Assembly: GCA_965207895.1 (NCBI GenBank)
Contig: CBDBNN010000001.1
Location: 182,312 to 246,311, forward strand
Length of the DNA: 64,000 nucleotides
Direction: 5' to 3'
From: Dehalococcoidia bacterium
GTDB taxonomy: Bacteria; Chloroflexota; Dehalococcoidia; UBA6926
Shown in pieces: positions 48,661 to 58,020 of the stretch; position 1 is the stretch's first letter, and each line of letters starts with the position of its first letter. Below the pieces are notes generated by a model, which was not told where the DNA came from, did no database searches, and was given only the letters and a program-made list of their open reading frames with translations. Position numbers and translations under genes: made by a program.

Positions 48661-49575
48661 TCACCAATGCCGTCGCCGACGAAGGCGTGCGGCTGAGTAC
48701 GAAAGTCTGATGGAACCAATAGCGAAACGGCTGCGGCGGGCACGCAGCACTGGGGACGGGAGATCTCCGTAATTCCGCAGAAAACGCGCTAGCGGCTCTG
48801 AGACTACGCTGCTGAACACAACGCCGACCATGACAGCAAGCACCACAGACCAATCGTCGCCACCCGGAATTGCCCGGGGTACCCATATAGCAAGAACCAT
48901 CATCGGAGAGAACAGGAACAGCATTCCAAAACTCTCCATAAGCGGGCCGAGTGTAGGATGCTTAGGCCATATTTCAACGCCTTTGAACAGCACCCACACC
49001 AATAAAGTCCATGACGCGAGCAGGGCGGACACGGCAGTCAACGGAATGAGGGTGTAATGCAACTCCCATCCGCCCATGAGCCCTGGAAGAACCCAATACA
49101 TCATCAACAGGATTCCCGCCGGCACCATGCCGATTGCCAATATCCTCTTACTTCGTATTAGTATCCAAAATATGAACAACCATGGAGCGGACACTATAAT
49201 CACGACTATGTTGATCCCCAACTCATGGAAGTCGTACGTGTTGCTAATCGCCAAGAGCGTGAAGAGTCCCAGGAAAAAGGCGATTCCAGCTTGCCACGGA
49301 TCCACTTGCCACCAATTGAGCGGTGGGACTCCATCTTCTTGCTGCATCGCCTGGTAGAACGCCACGAAAGGAAGAACCGCAAGAAGAAGATTCATCACAA
49401 CGCTGTCATACATCCTGTCTACGTAGTCAAACCCCCAAATGAAGTAGGTCGCTATCGCCAGACTAAGTAACGCAATCAGGAAGTTGACTGTGACTCCCTT
49501 ACGGAGGTCCTTCAATGGGTAATGGCGGGCTTTTGAGCTCACGTCTCGAGCACGACGCATCAGGGATCGCATCAA
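48661..49575 (-). CDS. Polytopic membrane protein (about 8 TM), hypothetical
   Basis: 304 aa and highly hydrophobic. Convergent with the NTase gene across a 44-nt gap. Confidence 0.55.
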   Translation of the reverse strand: MMRSLMRRARDVSSKARHYPLKDLRKGVTVNFLIALLSLAIATYFIWGFDYVDRMYDSVVMNLLLAVLPFVAFYQAMQQEDGVPPLNWWQVDPWQAGIAFFLGLFTLLAISNTYDFHELGINIVVIIVSAPWLFIFWILIRSKRILAIGMVPAGILLMMYWVLPGLMGGWELHYTLIPLTAVSALLASWTLLVWVLFKGVEIWPKHPTLGPLMESFGMLFLFSPMMVLAIWVPRAIPGGDDWSVVLAVMVGVVFSSVVSEPLARFLRNYGDLPSPVLRARRSRFAIGSIRLSYSAARLRRRRHW

Positions 49576-49615
49576 TCCAAAGAGGGAGGCAGGGTATCGG
49601 TGAAAAGTTCTCAGG

Positions 49616-52597
49616 TTACTTCTCCAAAAACATGGTCACGTAGTCGGCGTCGACGTTTGGCATGGTGAAGCCGTACTGCGAAATAGCCTCGGTGAACTTG
49701 CTGATGTCGTAGACGCTGGTGTCCGACAGGTACGGCTCTACGGAGTCCAGTGAGCGGAGCAGCATCTTCAATTCCAGGTCGTCGTCGCGGTCGGCCGCTT
49801 CCTGCAGTCTCGACTTCCATTCCGCCAACGGAGCGCGTTCCGTGATGTGTCTGTTGCGTTCCATGAGGCCGAAGACCTCGTCTGCGGGTATCGGATCCTG
49901 ATGGACCACGTTGTAGACCCTCCCGAGGTGATTCGAATCATCAGCGATCTTGCTGATTGCGGAAACGAGGAAGTCTACGGGTGTCATCTCGAAATTCCAA
50001 TCCGGCGCGTGGGGCGCGCTACCCAGGCGAGCGCAGGCCTTTAGGATCAGGAGGAGGAAGTCATTGGGATTGCCCGTACCCGTGCGGCTATGGTGACCGA
50101 TGTTGCCGGGCCGATACATGCAGACCGGCAGTCCTCGCGAGACGGAATGCCAGACCAGCCGCTCCGCAACCCACTTGGACTGGTTGTAACCGCCTTCCAT
50201 CCGGTCCACCCACGAATCGATTTCATTGTTCTCCAGGTATGGAGTGGTGTCACCGCCGGGAAAAACCCCGTTGGATGAGATGTACTGCAGCGTCTTTGGC
50301 TTGCCGGTCGTGGCGAATCTGAGCACTTCCGTCGTGCCGCCGACGGTGTGGGGCTTGGACGCCGAATATGGATAGACGTAGTTGACAGAGGCGGCGCAAT
50401 GGAAGATAAGGTCAATCTTTCCTGCCAACTCGTTGTATTTGTCGCCGCCCAGTCCCATTAGCGGCTGAGTGAGGTCGCCTGAGACAGTGATGATCCGATC
50501 ACCCGCAGCCTGGCTGGGCAGTCCATAGAATTTCAGCGTCTCCAGCACCCGACCAGACGGCCCGCCCTCTCCGGCGTCGCCGTCGCGTGCCAGACAGTAG
50601 AACGTCGTATCCGCCCTCGTGGATTGCACCAGCTGATCGAGCAGGAATGCCCCAAGGAATCCGGTCGTTCCGGTGATCAGGATCGAGGATGCTTCGCTCA
50701 ACCGCATAGGTGTGGCGTCGCCTCGCGGCGCAATCTCCGGGTCCAGCTTGGCGTCCTGAGCCAATGCCGCGCCGGATGCTGCTCCCCCTGCCCCGCCGTT
50801 TTCGAGATATGCCGCCAGTTCACCGATGGTTGGATATTCGTACACCTCAACGCCGCTCAGTTCTCTTCCGAATGTCTCCTCTATGGCAATCGTGAGCGAC
50901 ATGCCTGCCAAAGAGTGGCCGCCAAGGTCAAAGAAATTCCAGTCGTCCTCCAGGTCATCAAGGTTGAGCTCCAGCGTGTCGGCCCACAGTTCTCGCAGGA
51001 CTGCGCGTCTCTCTGCTGCTGTGGCATGTTCAGCCAGTCGTGTTCGTCGCTTGTCTGGCGATGCTCCATTGCGCAGTGACGGTAAGGCTTTTCGTTGCAG
51101 CTTGCCGGTCTGCTGATTGATGGGAAGGGCGTCCAGTTCAATGAAGTGAGAAGGGACGGAATAGAGAGGCAGGTATCGTTCCAGTAGGTTTCTCAGGTCT
51201 CTGCTCGCTCCGCTCCGGGCGTCCAGTTTCCAGGCAGCATTCTGGCCCCGAACCACATAGGCAACCAACCGTTTGCTGGTCTCATCCAGGTTTTCAACGA
51301 CGACGGCCGCATCCGCGGCGTCGCAGTGTCGGCGCAGCATCTCTTCAATCGCGCCGAGATACACGGTGTATCCCCTGATCTTGACCATGGAATCAGTCCG
51401 ACCCACGATCGTCGTCATGCCGTCAGCCGTAACTTCTGCAAGATCGCCGGTTGCGTAGTACCGCTCGTCATCCAGCGTGACGAACCTCTCGGCATCCAGA
51501 TCAGGCCTCTTGAGGTAGCCCCGTGCCACCCCTTGACCGCCGATGAGCAACTCCCCTACACCACTCGTCTTCACGGCGGAGCCGTCCTCCGGGCGCACGC
51601 GGAGTTCGACGCCGTCCATCGCATAACCCACCGGGCACGTGTCCATCCCATCCAGCGACAGTTCCGTCAGGTCAATGGTGCAGACATCATGGGTTTCACT
51701 GATGCTGTAGGTATTCAGCAGGCGGGCGCCTGGCGGCAGGACATCCCGGGCTTGCCTGAGCAGGCTGGCAGGAACGACCTCCCCATTCAGCCAGACGACG
51801 CGCAAGGACGACATCTGTTGCCGGAGCTGTTCATGCTCTCCGGAGTTCAGGACGCTCTGCAGCAGGGACGGCGTGAACAGGATCTCGGATAGCCGGTGCT
51901 CCGAAATGAACCGGGCAAGTGAGCGCGGAACGAAGATGACGTCATCGGAGATGACATAGACCGTGCCGCCCTTCAGCAGCGGCCGCAGGAACTCCCACGG
52001 AAAGAAGATGTTGCAGCCGACCCTGTCTCCAACGCCGTATGAACTGTACGTATACCTGGCGTCGTAGGAGGACATCATGGCTCTCAAACTCAGCATCACG
52101 CCTTTCGGATCACCGGTGGTGCCGGAGGTATAGGGGATGAATGCAAGATCATCGCTGTCGACGTGTGTCGCATGGTTTCCTGCCCCGTACTCCTGCCATG
52201 AGTGGTCACTATCAATGGGAAGTATCCGGGTGTCGCTGAACTCGGTCAGTTTCGGCAGGAATCGCTCTTTGGTAAGCACAACCTTTGGCTGCGCCTCAGC
52301 CACGATGCCGCGCAGCAGGGGTTCGGGCGAGTCAACGGCCATGGGCATGAATGCCCCGCCGGCCTTTAGCGTTGCAATGGCGCTGACGATGTATTCGGAG
52401 CACGTATCCATGAATATGCCCACGGGCTCATCGGTCCCAATGCCACAGCTTTGAAGCCAGCCACCCAGGGCGTCCGCCGATCGGTTCAACTCTGCGTACG
52501 TCATCTGCCCATCGCCGAATACGATTGCAGCAGCATCCGGGGTGATTTCAACTTGCGTTTCAAATAATTGATGGACGCTGGATTCTACTAAAACCAT
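49616..52597 (-). CDS. NRPS-like carboxylate reductase: adenylation - PCP - thioester reductase (A-T-R)
   Basis: A-domain cores (YTSGTTGDPKGV; YATGDL; KIRGYTVYLGAIE), PCP core FFDLGGHSLAGMSL and R-domain LITGTTGFLGAFLL plus a later catalytic Y...K region. The start is most likely the ATG at 52597 after GGGGAAG; the track used a GTG at 52612. Confidence 0.85.
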   Translation of the reverse strand: MVLVESSVHQLFETQVEITPDAAAIVFGDGQMTYAELNRSADALGGWLQSCGIGTDEPVGIFMDTCSEYIVSAIATLKAGGAFMPMAVDSPEPLLRGIVAEAQPKVVLTKERFLPKLTEFSDTRILPIDSDHSWQEYGAGNHATHVDSDDLAFIPYTSGTTGDPKGVMLSLRAMMSSYDARYTYSSYGVGDRVGCNIFFPWEFLRPLLKGGTVYVISDDVIFVPRSLARFISEHRLSEILFTPSLLQSVLNSGEHEQLRQQMSSLRVVWLNGEVVPASLLRQARDVLPPGARLLNTYSISETHDVCTIDLTELSLDGMDTCPVGYAMDGVELRVRPEDGSAVKTSGVGELLIGGQGVARGYLKRPDLDAERFVTLDDERYYATGDLAEVTADGMTTIVGRTDSMVKIRGYTVYLGAIEEMLRRHCDAADAAVVVENLDETSKRLVAYVVRGQNAAWKLDARSGASRDLRNLLERYLPLYSVPSHFIELDALPINQQTGKLQRKALPSLRNGASPDKRRTRLAEHATAAERRAVLRELWADTLELNLDDLEDDWNFFDLGGHSLAGMSLTIAIEETFGRELSGVEVYEYPTIGELAAYLENGGAGGAASGAALAQDAKLDPEIAPRGDATPMRLSEASSILITGTTGFLGAFLLDQLVQSTRADTTFYCLARDGDAGEGGPSGRVLETLKFYGLPSQAAGDRIITVSGDLTQPLMGLGGDKYNELAGKIDLIFHCAASVNYVYPYSASKPHTVGGTTEVLRFATTGKPKTLQYISSNGVFPGGDTTPYLENNEIDSWVDRMEGGYNQSKWVAERLVWHSVSRGLPVCMYRPGNIGHHSRTGTGNPNDFLLLILKACARLGSAPHAPDWNFEMTPVDFLVSAISKIADDSNHLGRVYNVVHQDPIPADEVFGLMERNRHITERAPLAEWKSRLQEAADRDDDLELKMLLRSLDSVEPYLSDTSVYDISKFTEAISQYGFTMPNVDADYVTMFLEK

Positions 52598-52769
52598 CCT
52601 GACTTCCCCCACACCCCAGACCTGATCACTTACGGAACAGGTAACCGTTAAATCAGCTAAATGTTGATGGTCGATTTTACAGGAACGTTAAAGCAATGTA
52701 AAATCAAGTGGTGGCTTCACGCCGTTGGCCTCGTCGGATGTCTCACCTGAATGGAAGGGATGGTCGTAT

Positions 52770-53459
52770 ATGCAGTTTGAGTCATTGGAGTTTTACAGGG
52801 AGCATGGCAAGCGATACTCCCAAATGTCTCATGAATTCTCACATTCACAATACGCTGAGATATCTCATCCCAGGCTGACAGGCGATATGGCTCTGCTGAA
52901 TCGCGCAACTGACCTGGCGTCCGGCAAGCGCAGCCTGGATGCCGGATGCGGTGCCGGGGCCCGAGACGTGGCCCTGCTCCACTCCCGGGGTTTTGATGCG
53001 TACGGCATTGACGCCGTAGAAGAGAACATTGATCTCGGCAAGAAGTTGCACCCGGAAATCGCCCACAAAATCAGTGTTGCCGACCTCCGAGAGCCCTTGC
53101 AATTCGACTCGGAGTATTTTGATCTTGTCCTTTGCAATGCCGTCATCCAGCATCTAACACCGGAGGACGTTGAGTCTACAACGATTCCGGAGTTTTCCAG
53201 GGTCCTGGCTCCCGGAGGCGTCTTACAGCTGATGTTCAAGGTCGGATCCGGCATCGCAGAGGTGAGCGACCCAGCGTTCGGGAACGATGGTGTGGACAGG
53301 CTATTCCAGCTCTATGAAGAGCGGCACCTGCTGAGCATCCTTGACGAGTCCGGCTGTTCTCTCATTGAGGAGGAAGGCAGCGACAAGCTTGGCGGCCTGT
53401 TGTACTTCACCGACCACAAGCCGATGCGCTATTGCGTCTTCTGGGCAAGAAAGAACTAG
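52770..53459 (+). CDS. Class I SAM-dependent methyltransferase
   Basis: Motif I LDAGCGAGARD and a post-I acidic residue. The start is reassigned to the ATG at 52770 after GGAAGGGA; the track ORF begins at a TTG. Confidence 0.75.
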   Translation: MQFESLEFYREHGKRYSQMSHEFSHSQYAEISHPRLTGDMALLNRATDLASGKRSLDAGCGAGARDVALLHSRGFDAYGIDAVEENIDLGKKLHPEIAHKISVADLREPLQFDSEYFDLVLCNAVIQHLTPEDVESTTIPEFSRVLAPGGVLQLMFKVGSGIAEVSDPAFGNDGVDRLFQLYEERHLLSILDESGCSLIEEEGSDKLGGLLYFTDHKPMRYCVFWARKN

Positions 53460-53471
53460 AACCGCTGCCCT

Positions 53472-54635
53472 CTAGATCTGCAGGGGCTGCGCCTCGACAG
53501 ACGCGGCGGTCTTCTGGACATCGCTGACCGGCACTTCTGCAATTCCTGTCATACTGCACTTGAGCCCCGCATAGGCGGCGGCGAATCGTCCGATTTCCTC
53601 CAGTGACCAACCTGCCCACAGCCCATACATGATGCCGGCTGAGCAGGCTGCGCCCGCTCCATTGCCGTCCACGACATCCACTTGCGGAGGCCTGACGAGA
53701 TATGCCTCGTCACCCTGCGCAACTACACACCCGTCAGCGCCCAGGGTCACGACCGCCATGTCCACCCCGCGGTCAATCAGGCTGCGGGCGATATCGGACG
53801 GATCACCGGATGCTTCGGGGATATCCAGGGAAACCTGACAGATGGTTGCTTCTTTTATCATGTCGGTGATCCACGATTCACCGTTGTATTGGGATTCCAG
53901 GTTGAGATAAACGGGCACGTCCTGAGAAACGGCGTCCCGCACGGCATGGACGACGCTTGGGCCATCATACCAATCGACGTAGAGCAGTCCCGCGTTGCTA
54001 AGCTGCGAGGGATCGGGCGGCCTCAGCTCTGCCATGGAGGCGGAATCTCTTCGCTGAAAATAGGTTCGGCCCCCGTCGGGGTCAATGATCGACACTTCGA
54101 ACGGAGTCGGCCACCCGTCTTTGATGTCCTGCTGGACATTCACACCCCATGCGTCGAGATGTTCCCTGACCCTCTCTCCACGACTGTCATTTCCGGTCGG
54201 TGAGGTGATGAGCCGCGTCGGAACGTTCCAGCTAGTCAGGATGCTTGCAGCGATGGCGGCATCATCGCCCAGGGATTCCATTGAGTCCAGGATTGGCGCG
54301 CCGCCATTGTGCTCAGGCAGCTCGTCAACCTTGAGTAGAAGGCAGTGAGTCAAGAGGCCAAAGCAGACCACGTCTCCCTTGCCAACATCCGCCGGAAGTC
54401 GATTGCCGTTCGCGTGCGTACCGTTTTTCATCATGGCTATTGCTGCTTCCCCCAGTTGCTCCCACCTGAATCCAGATGTCGAAAAAAACGAGAATCGCTT
54501 ATCAGGGAGCAAGCTTCCGCCGATGTTAACGCACTTAACAAAGAATGTCCATTCAGGTGATGTCACCCGTCTTGAGAAGCGCCAGTGTTCTGTTAGGATG
54601 GCCGCAATCGCGATTGACGCGTGATTGTCACTCAC
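53472..54635 (-). CDS. FHA-like domain fused to PfkB/ribokinase-family sugar kinase
   Basis: The N-terminus has KNGTHANGNRL...GDVVCFG, the FHA C-terminal motif. The C-terminus is PfkB-like with DVVDGNGAGAACSAG, where the canonical DTxGAGD has the last Asp replaced. GTG start without an obvious RBS. Confidence 0.65.
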   Translation of the reverse strand: MSDNHASIAIAAILTEHWRFSRRVTSPEWTFFVKCVNIGGSLLPDKRFSFFSTSGFRWEQLGEAAIAMMKNGTHANGNRLPADVGKGDVVCFGLLTHCLLLKVDELPEHNGGAPILDSMESLGDDAAIAASILTSWNVPTRLITSPTGNDSRGERVREHLDAWGVNVQQDIKDGWPTPFEVSIIDPDGGRTYFQRRDSASMAELRPPDPSQLSNAGLLYVDWYDGPSVVHAVRDAVSQDVPVYLNLESQYNGESWITDMIKEATICQVSLDIPEASGDPSDIARSLIDRGVDMAVVTLGADGCVVAQGDEAYLVRPPQVDVVDGNGAGAACSAGIMYGLWAGWSLEEIGRFAAAYAGLKCSMTGIAEVPVSDVQKTAASVEAQPLQI

Positions 54636-55073
54636 GGAGACGCACTCTCGACTCGGGACACAGACATGGGTACATCACGCGTTTGCCCGAAAAACAACTC
54701 GGCGGCTGATCCTTATTGGTGGGAACCGTCGCGGTGGCAGTGGGGGCCAAGCGCTTTCACCGGGCTGCGGCGCAGTGCACACTGTGCCCAGCACCAGCCT
54801 CACCGCCCTCACGCTGGCGATGGCGGGTAATGAGGCTTGGCGTACACCGTTCCAATTGTGATTATTTTCGGCGCTCTGCTGACGCTAAATGGTCTTATGG
54901 CAATGGCCATCGCCAGACTGATCTACATGGGCTTGCTGGGATGGGACCTGATTTTATCGAAATGATATGACGAAGATGAAAGAGGATGCCAAGCCCATAA
55001 GGCAGAAGCGAAGGGGCCGCTCCCAGTAGATGGGAACGGCCCCTTGCAGTTGTTCTGCTGTTACTGTGCCGGT

Positions 55074-56214
55074 TTACCCAGCTACCTTGGCACAAACTGC
55101 GTAGACGGTGAGGGTCCAGTTGCCAGAGACCGCGTTCACCTCAGTGGCGCTTGCGACCCATCCTGTAGGAACGCCACCAAGCTGTCCCGCCGGGCGGGAT
55201 TCAGTTACGGCTACGCCCCCGTCAGAGGACTCCACCAGCGCGCCACCGGAGATTGCAGAGAAGCCTGTGCCAACCGAAGAGCACAGTACGGTTTCGGACT
55301 TACTGGCGTCACTGTTCGATGAGCTTTGCGATCGCGCGATTCGAAGGTCGGATACTCCGGGCTCGCCTTGCTCACCCTGCGGACCATGCGGTCCTGCTGC
55401 TCCTGTTGCTCCCGTCGCACCGCGTTGTCCTGCCTCACCTTGCGGGCCTCGTTGTCCTTCCGCCCCTTGGGGTCCTATAGGTCCTGCTTGCCCTTGAGGC
55501 CCTTCGGGTCCCGTTTGGCCTTGATCGCCCTGCAGACCTCGTGGTCCTTCGGGTCCGGTTGGGCCTGTCGGCCCTTGCGGGCCTTCCGGTCCTGTAGCTC
55601 CGGCTGGTCCGACCAATCCTTGTGGGCCCCTATCACCCTGGATGCCTTGTGGGCCTTGTGGGCCTGCCTCACCCTGTGCGCCACGAGGTCCGAGAGGTCC
55701 CTGAGAACCTGCTGGTCCCGGGTCTCCCTTCGGACCTTCAGGCCCGCCTGCAGGTCCCATAGGTCCTACCTGGCCCTGTGGTCCTGGAACGCCCTGAGGT
55801 CCTTGCACGCCTTGCGGCCCAGCGGGTCCTACCCCGCCTTGAGGTCCTTGCACGCCCTGCGGTCCTGTCTCACCCTGGGGTCCTTCGGGTCCTGTCGCAC
55901 CAGTGTCGCCCTGCGGACCTGGAGGACCACCGGGATCCCCCTGAGGTCCTTGAGGTCCTGTCGCTCCTGCGGGTCCTGCCGGTCCTGCCGCACCCTGGGG
56001 TCCTGCCGGTCCGGGGTCGCCTTGCGGTCCTGCCACGCCCTGCGGTCCTGCCGCTCCTGCCGGTCCTGCCGCTCCTTGAGCCCCTTCAGCACCTTCGCAT
56101 GCAGCGGCTGCAAGGATCATGACTATCGCTAGGGCCGAGATAGCCGCGATCAACACCCACTTCCGCACGGGCTCAATCGATTTCACATACTTAGACAAGG
56201 CTGGCATCGTCATT
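55074..56214 (-). CDS. Collagen-like triple-helix repeat protein with N-terminal TM anchor and C-terminal globular domain
   Basis: The ATG at 56214 follows GAAAGGA. TM segment [20 protein letters not shown], then about 80 uninterrupted GXY triplets ([16 protein letters not shown]...), then a roughly 100-aa Ser/Thr-rich tail. Confidence 0.8.
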
Positions 56215-56587
56215 CCTTTCACCTCACCCCAACGCTCTGTTTCAATCCTCAAGCGAAATACCATGAATGTCAAGAACCTTGCTCGACTATCTATGCCTTC
56301 GCAATGAAGGAGTCGGACTCACGCGGCGCGCGGGCTCACAGCCTTCTTGAGTCGCATCGCATTTTTGACAGCGTGCCCTGCTTGCCGGAGGCGCTCTCAC
56401 TCAGAATACCAGCAATCTCACTTCCTTGACACCCCTATCGACACCCCTATCCGACTCCTGCTCTCTGCGTTTTTTCATCCAAATCGAACCAGCAAAGGAA
56501 CCAGGAAACCGATCATTGCCCTGAACCTGTCCCTCCCCCCGTACACCGAGCCCGGACGTGGACTTCACATAGAAGTGCCCTGCGTCG

Positions 56588-57727
56588 TCAGTAGATTCCG
56601 GGCATAATGCGCCATTTGACGCGGGACTTGTATTCGGCCCATTTCTCGGCGCCATACTTCTCCTCGCAGTGCGTCTCATCGCTGCGCTGCCGCCACGTGA
56701 AGAATGACACGACGAAGACGAAGTACGCCCACGCCCAGGGGTTCAGGAAGTGGCCAAATGAGAGGCCGACGGCAAAGGACAGGAACCCCTCACCCATGTA
56801 GTTGAAGTGGCGGGCCACGCCCCAGAGGCCCGTGTAGAGTATCTTACGATCGCCCGCCTGGATGTACTTCGGTTCGATAATCCCGAGGAACTTGCGATCC
56901 GGCCACCTTTTAAAGGTGTATTTCTGGAGGTTGGCACCGCGTCCGATGCTCCAGCCCAGCAGGAAGAGCGCCGTGGAGCCGATGAGCCAAACATAGGTCC
57001 AGAAATCGGAGAAGCCGGGGTGCGGGTGCGCGGCCATCCCCCACAGCGGCAGGATGAAGACCCAGCCGTAGATGACGATGCCGCCCCAGAACATCTTGAA
57101 TCCCATCCGTTCATAGATCAGATCGTAGGTGTAGAGCTGGACGCGCTCCCAGATGAAGTAGTCAAAGACGTAGAACGTGAAGAACGCGGCATAAAGGAAG
57201 ACGCCGGGGTTGAAATCGCTTCCAAATTGGTCGTAGTGCCACGCTGCGCCAGACATGGCGTTGAGCGATAACATGGTTCCGCCGACAACGTAGAAATACA
57301 TCTTGATATCGACGCGCTCGCCAAAGAGGGATATCTCCTGCGCCCGACCTTCCCATAGCGCAAGCAGTGGGTTCTTTATGTCTCCCTGTGGCTGGCTGTA
57401 GACCGCCGCGATGGACATGATGAGAGTGAAGACGGTGCCGCCGGCGATCGCATATAAGGAAGATCGATAGAACCAGTCACGCGGCATGCCTGTAATCTCA
57501 GTCGCCCAGATTGCGACGGCAACGAGGAAAACGAGGATGCCGTTCAGTCGGTAGTTGCGTGGCTGGCCGGTTTCCGGGTTGATGACGTACCCGGGTACTT
57601 TTCTGCCGGGCAGAATCAACTGAGCTAAGAGGAAGGCGGCAAAGATGGCAAGGGGCGTGAAGAACCCCGCAATCGCCTCGGCGCCTGAAAGCTCGAAGAG
57701 GTGCTCGATACCAAGCCATTCAATCAT
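56588..57727 (-). CDS. Sterol reductase family protein (ERG4/ERG24 / 7-dehydrocholesterol reductase-like)
   Basis: C-terminal LYTGLWGVARHFNYMGEGF ... WRQRSDETHCEEKYGAEKWAEYKSRVKWRIMPGIY matches the sterol-reductase C-terminal signature. Polytopic. The start is the ATG at 57727 after GGAGAGAGGGG. Confidence 0.7.
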   Translation of the reverse strand: MIEWLGIEHLFELSGAEAIAGFFTPLAIFAAFLLAQLILPGRKVPGYVINPETGQPRNYRLNGILVFLVAVAIWATEITGMPRDWFYRSSLYAIAGGTVFTLIMSIAAVYSQPQGDIKNPLLALWEGRAQEISLFGERVDIKMYFYVVGGTMLSLNAMSGAAWHYDQFGSDFNPGVFLYAAFFTFYVFDYFIWERVQLYTYDLIYERMGFKMFWGGIVIYGWVFILPLWGMAAHPHPGFSDFWTYVWLIGSTALFLLGWSIGRGANLQKYTFKRWPDRKFLGIIEPKYIQAGDRKILYTGLWGVARHFNYMGEGFLSFAVGLSFGHFLNPWAWAYFVFVVSFFTWRQRSDETHCEEKYGAEKWAEYKSRVKWRIMPGIY

Positions 57728-58020
57728 GACGGAATACCCCTCTCTCCGATGACGAGGCAATTATGGATTCAGGCTTGGTGGAAATTCAAGAAGGCGATTC
57801 CGTATCTCAACAGGATGGCGGTTTCCAGGGACCAGCGGTGCCCTACAGAATCAAGAAAATCATCGTCCGCTCCAAATAGCACGTATCCTTTCTCAAAGTA
57901 AGCGGGGAGGATGAGCCCTGTGGCAACGCCGCCTGAGTCATTCAGTAAACGCCATCGGGCACAAAGGCAGCGAGGACTCTAGTGCATTTGTCGCCGACGA
58001 AGCTGCGCATATTACGCAGC

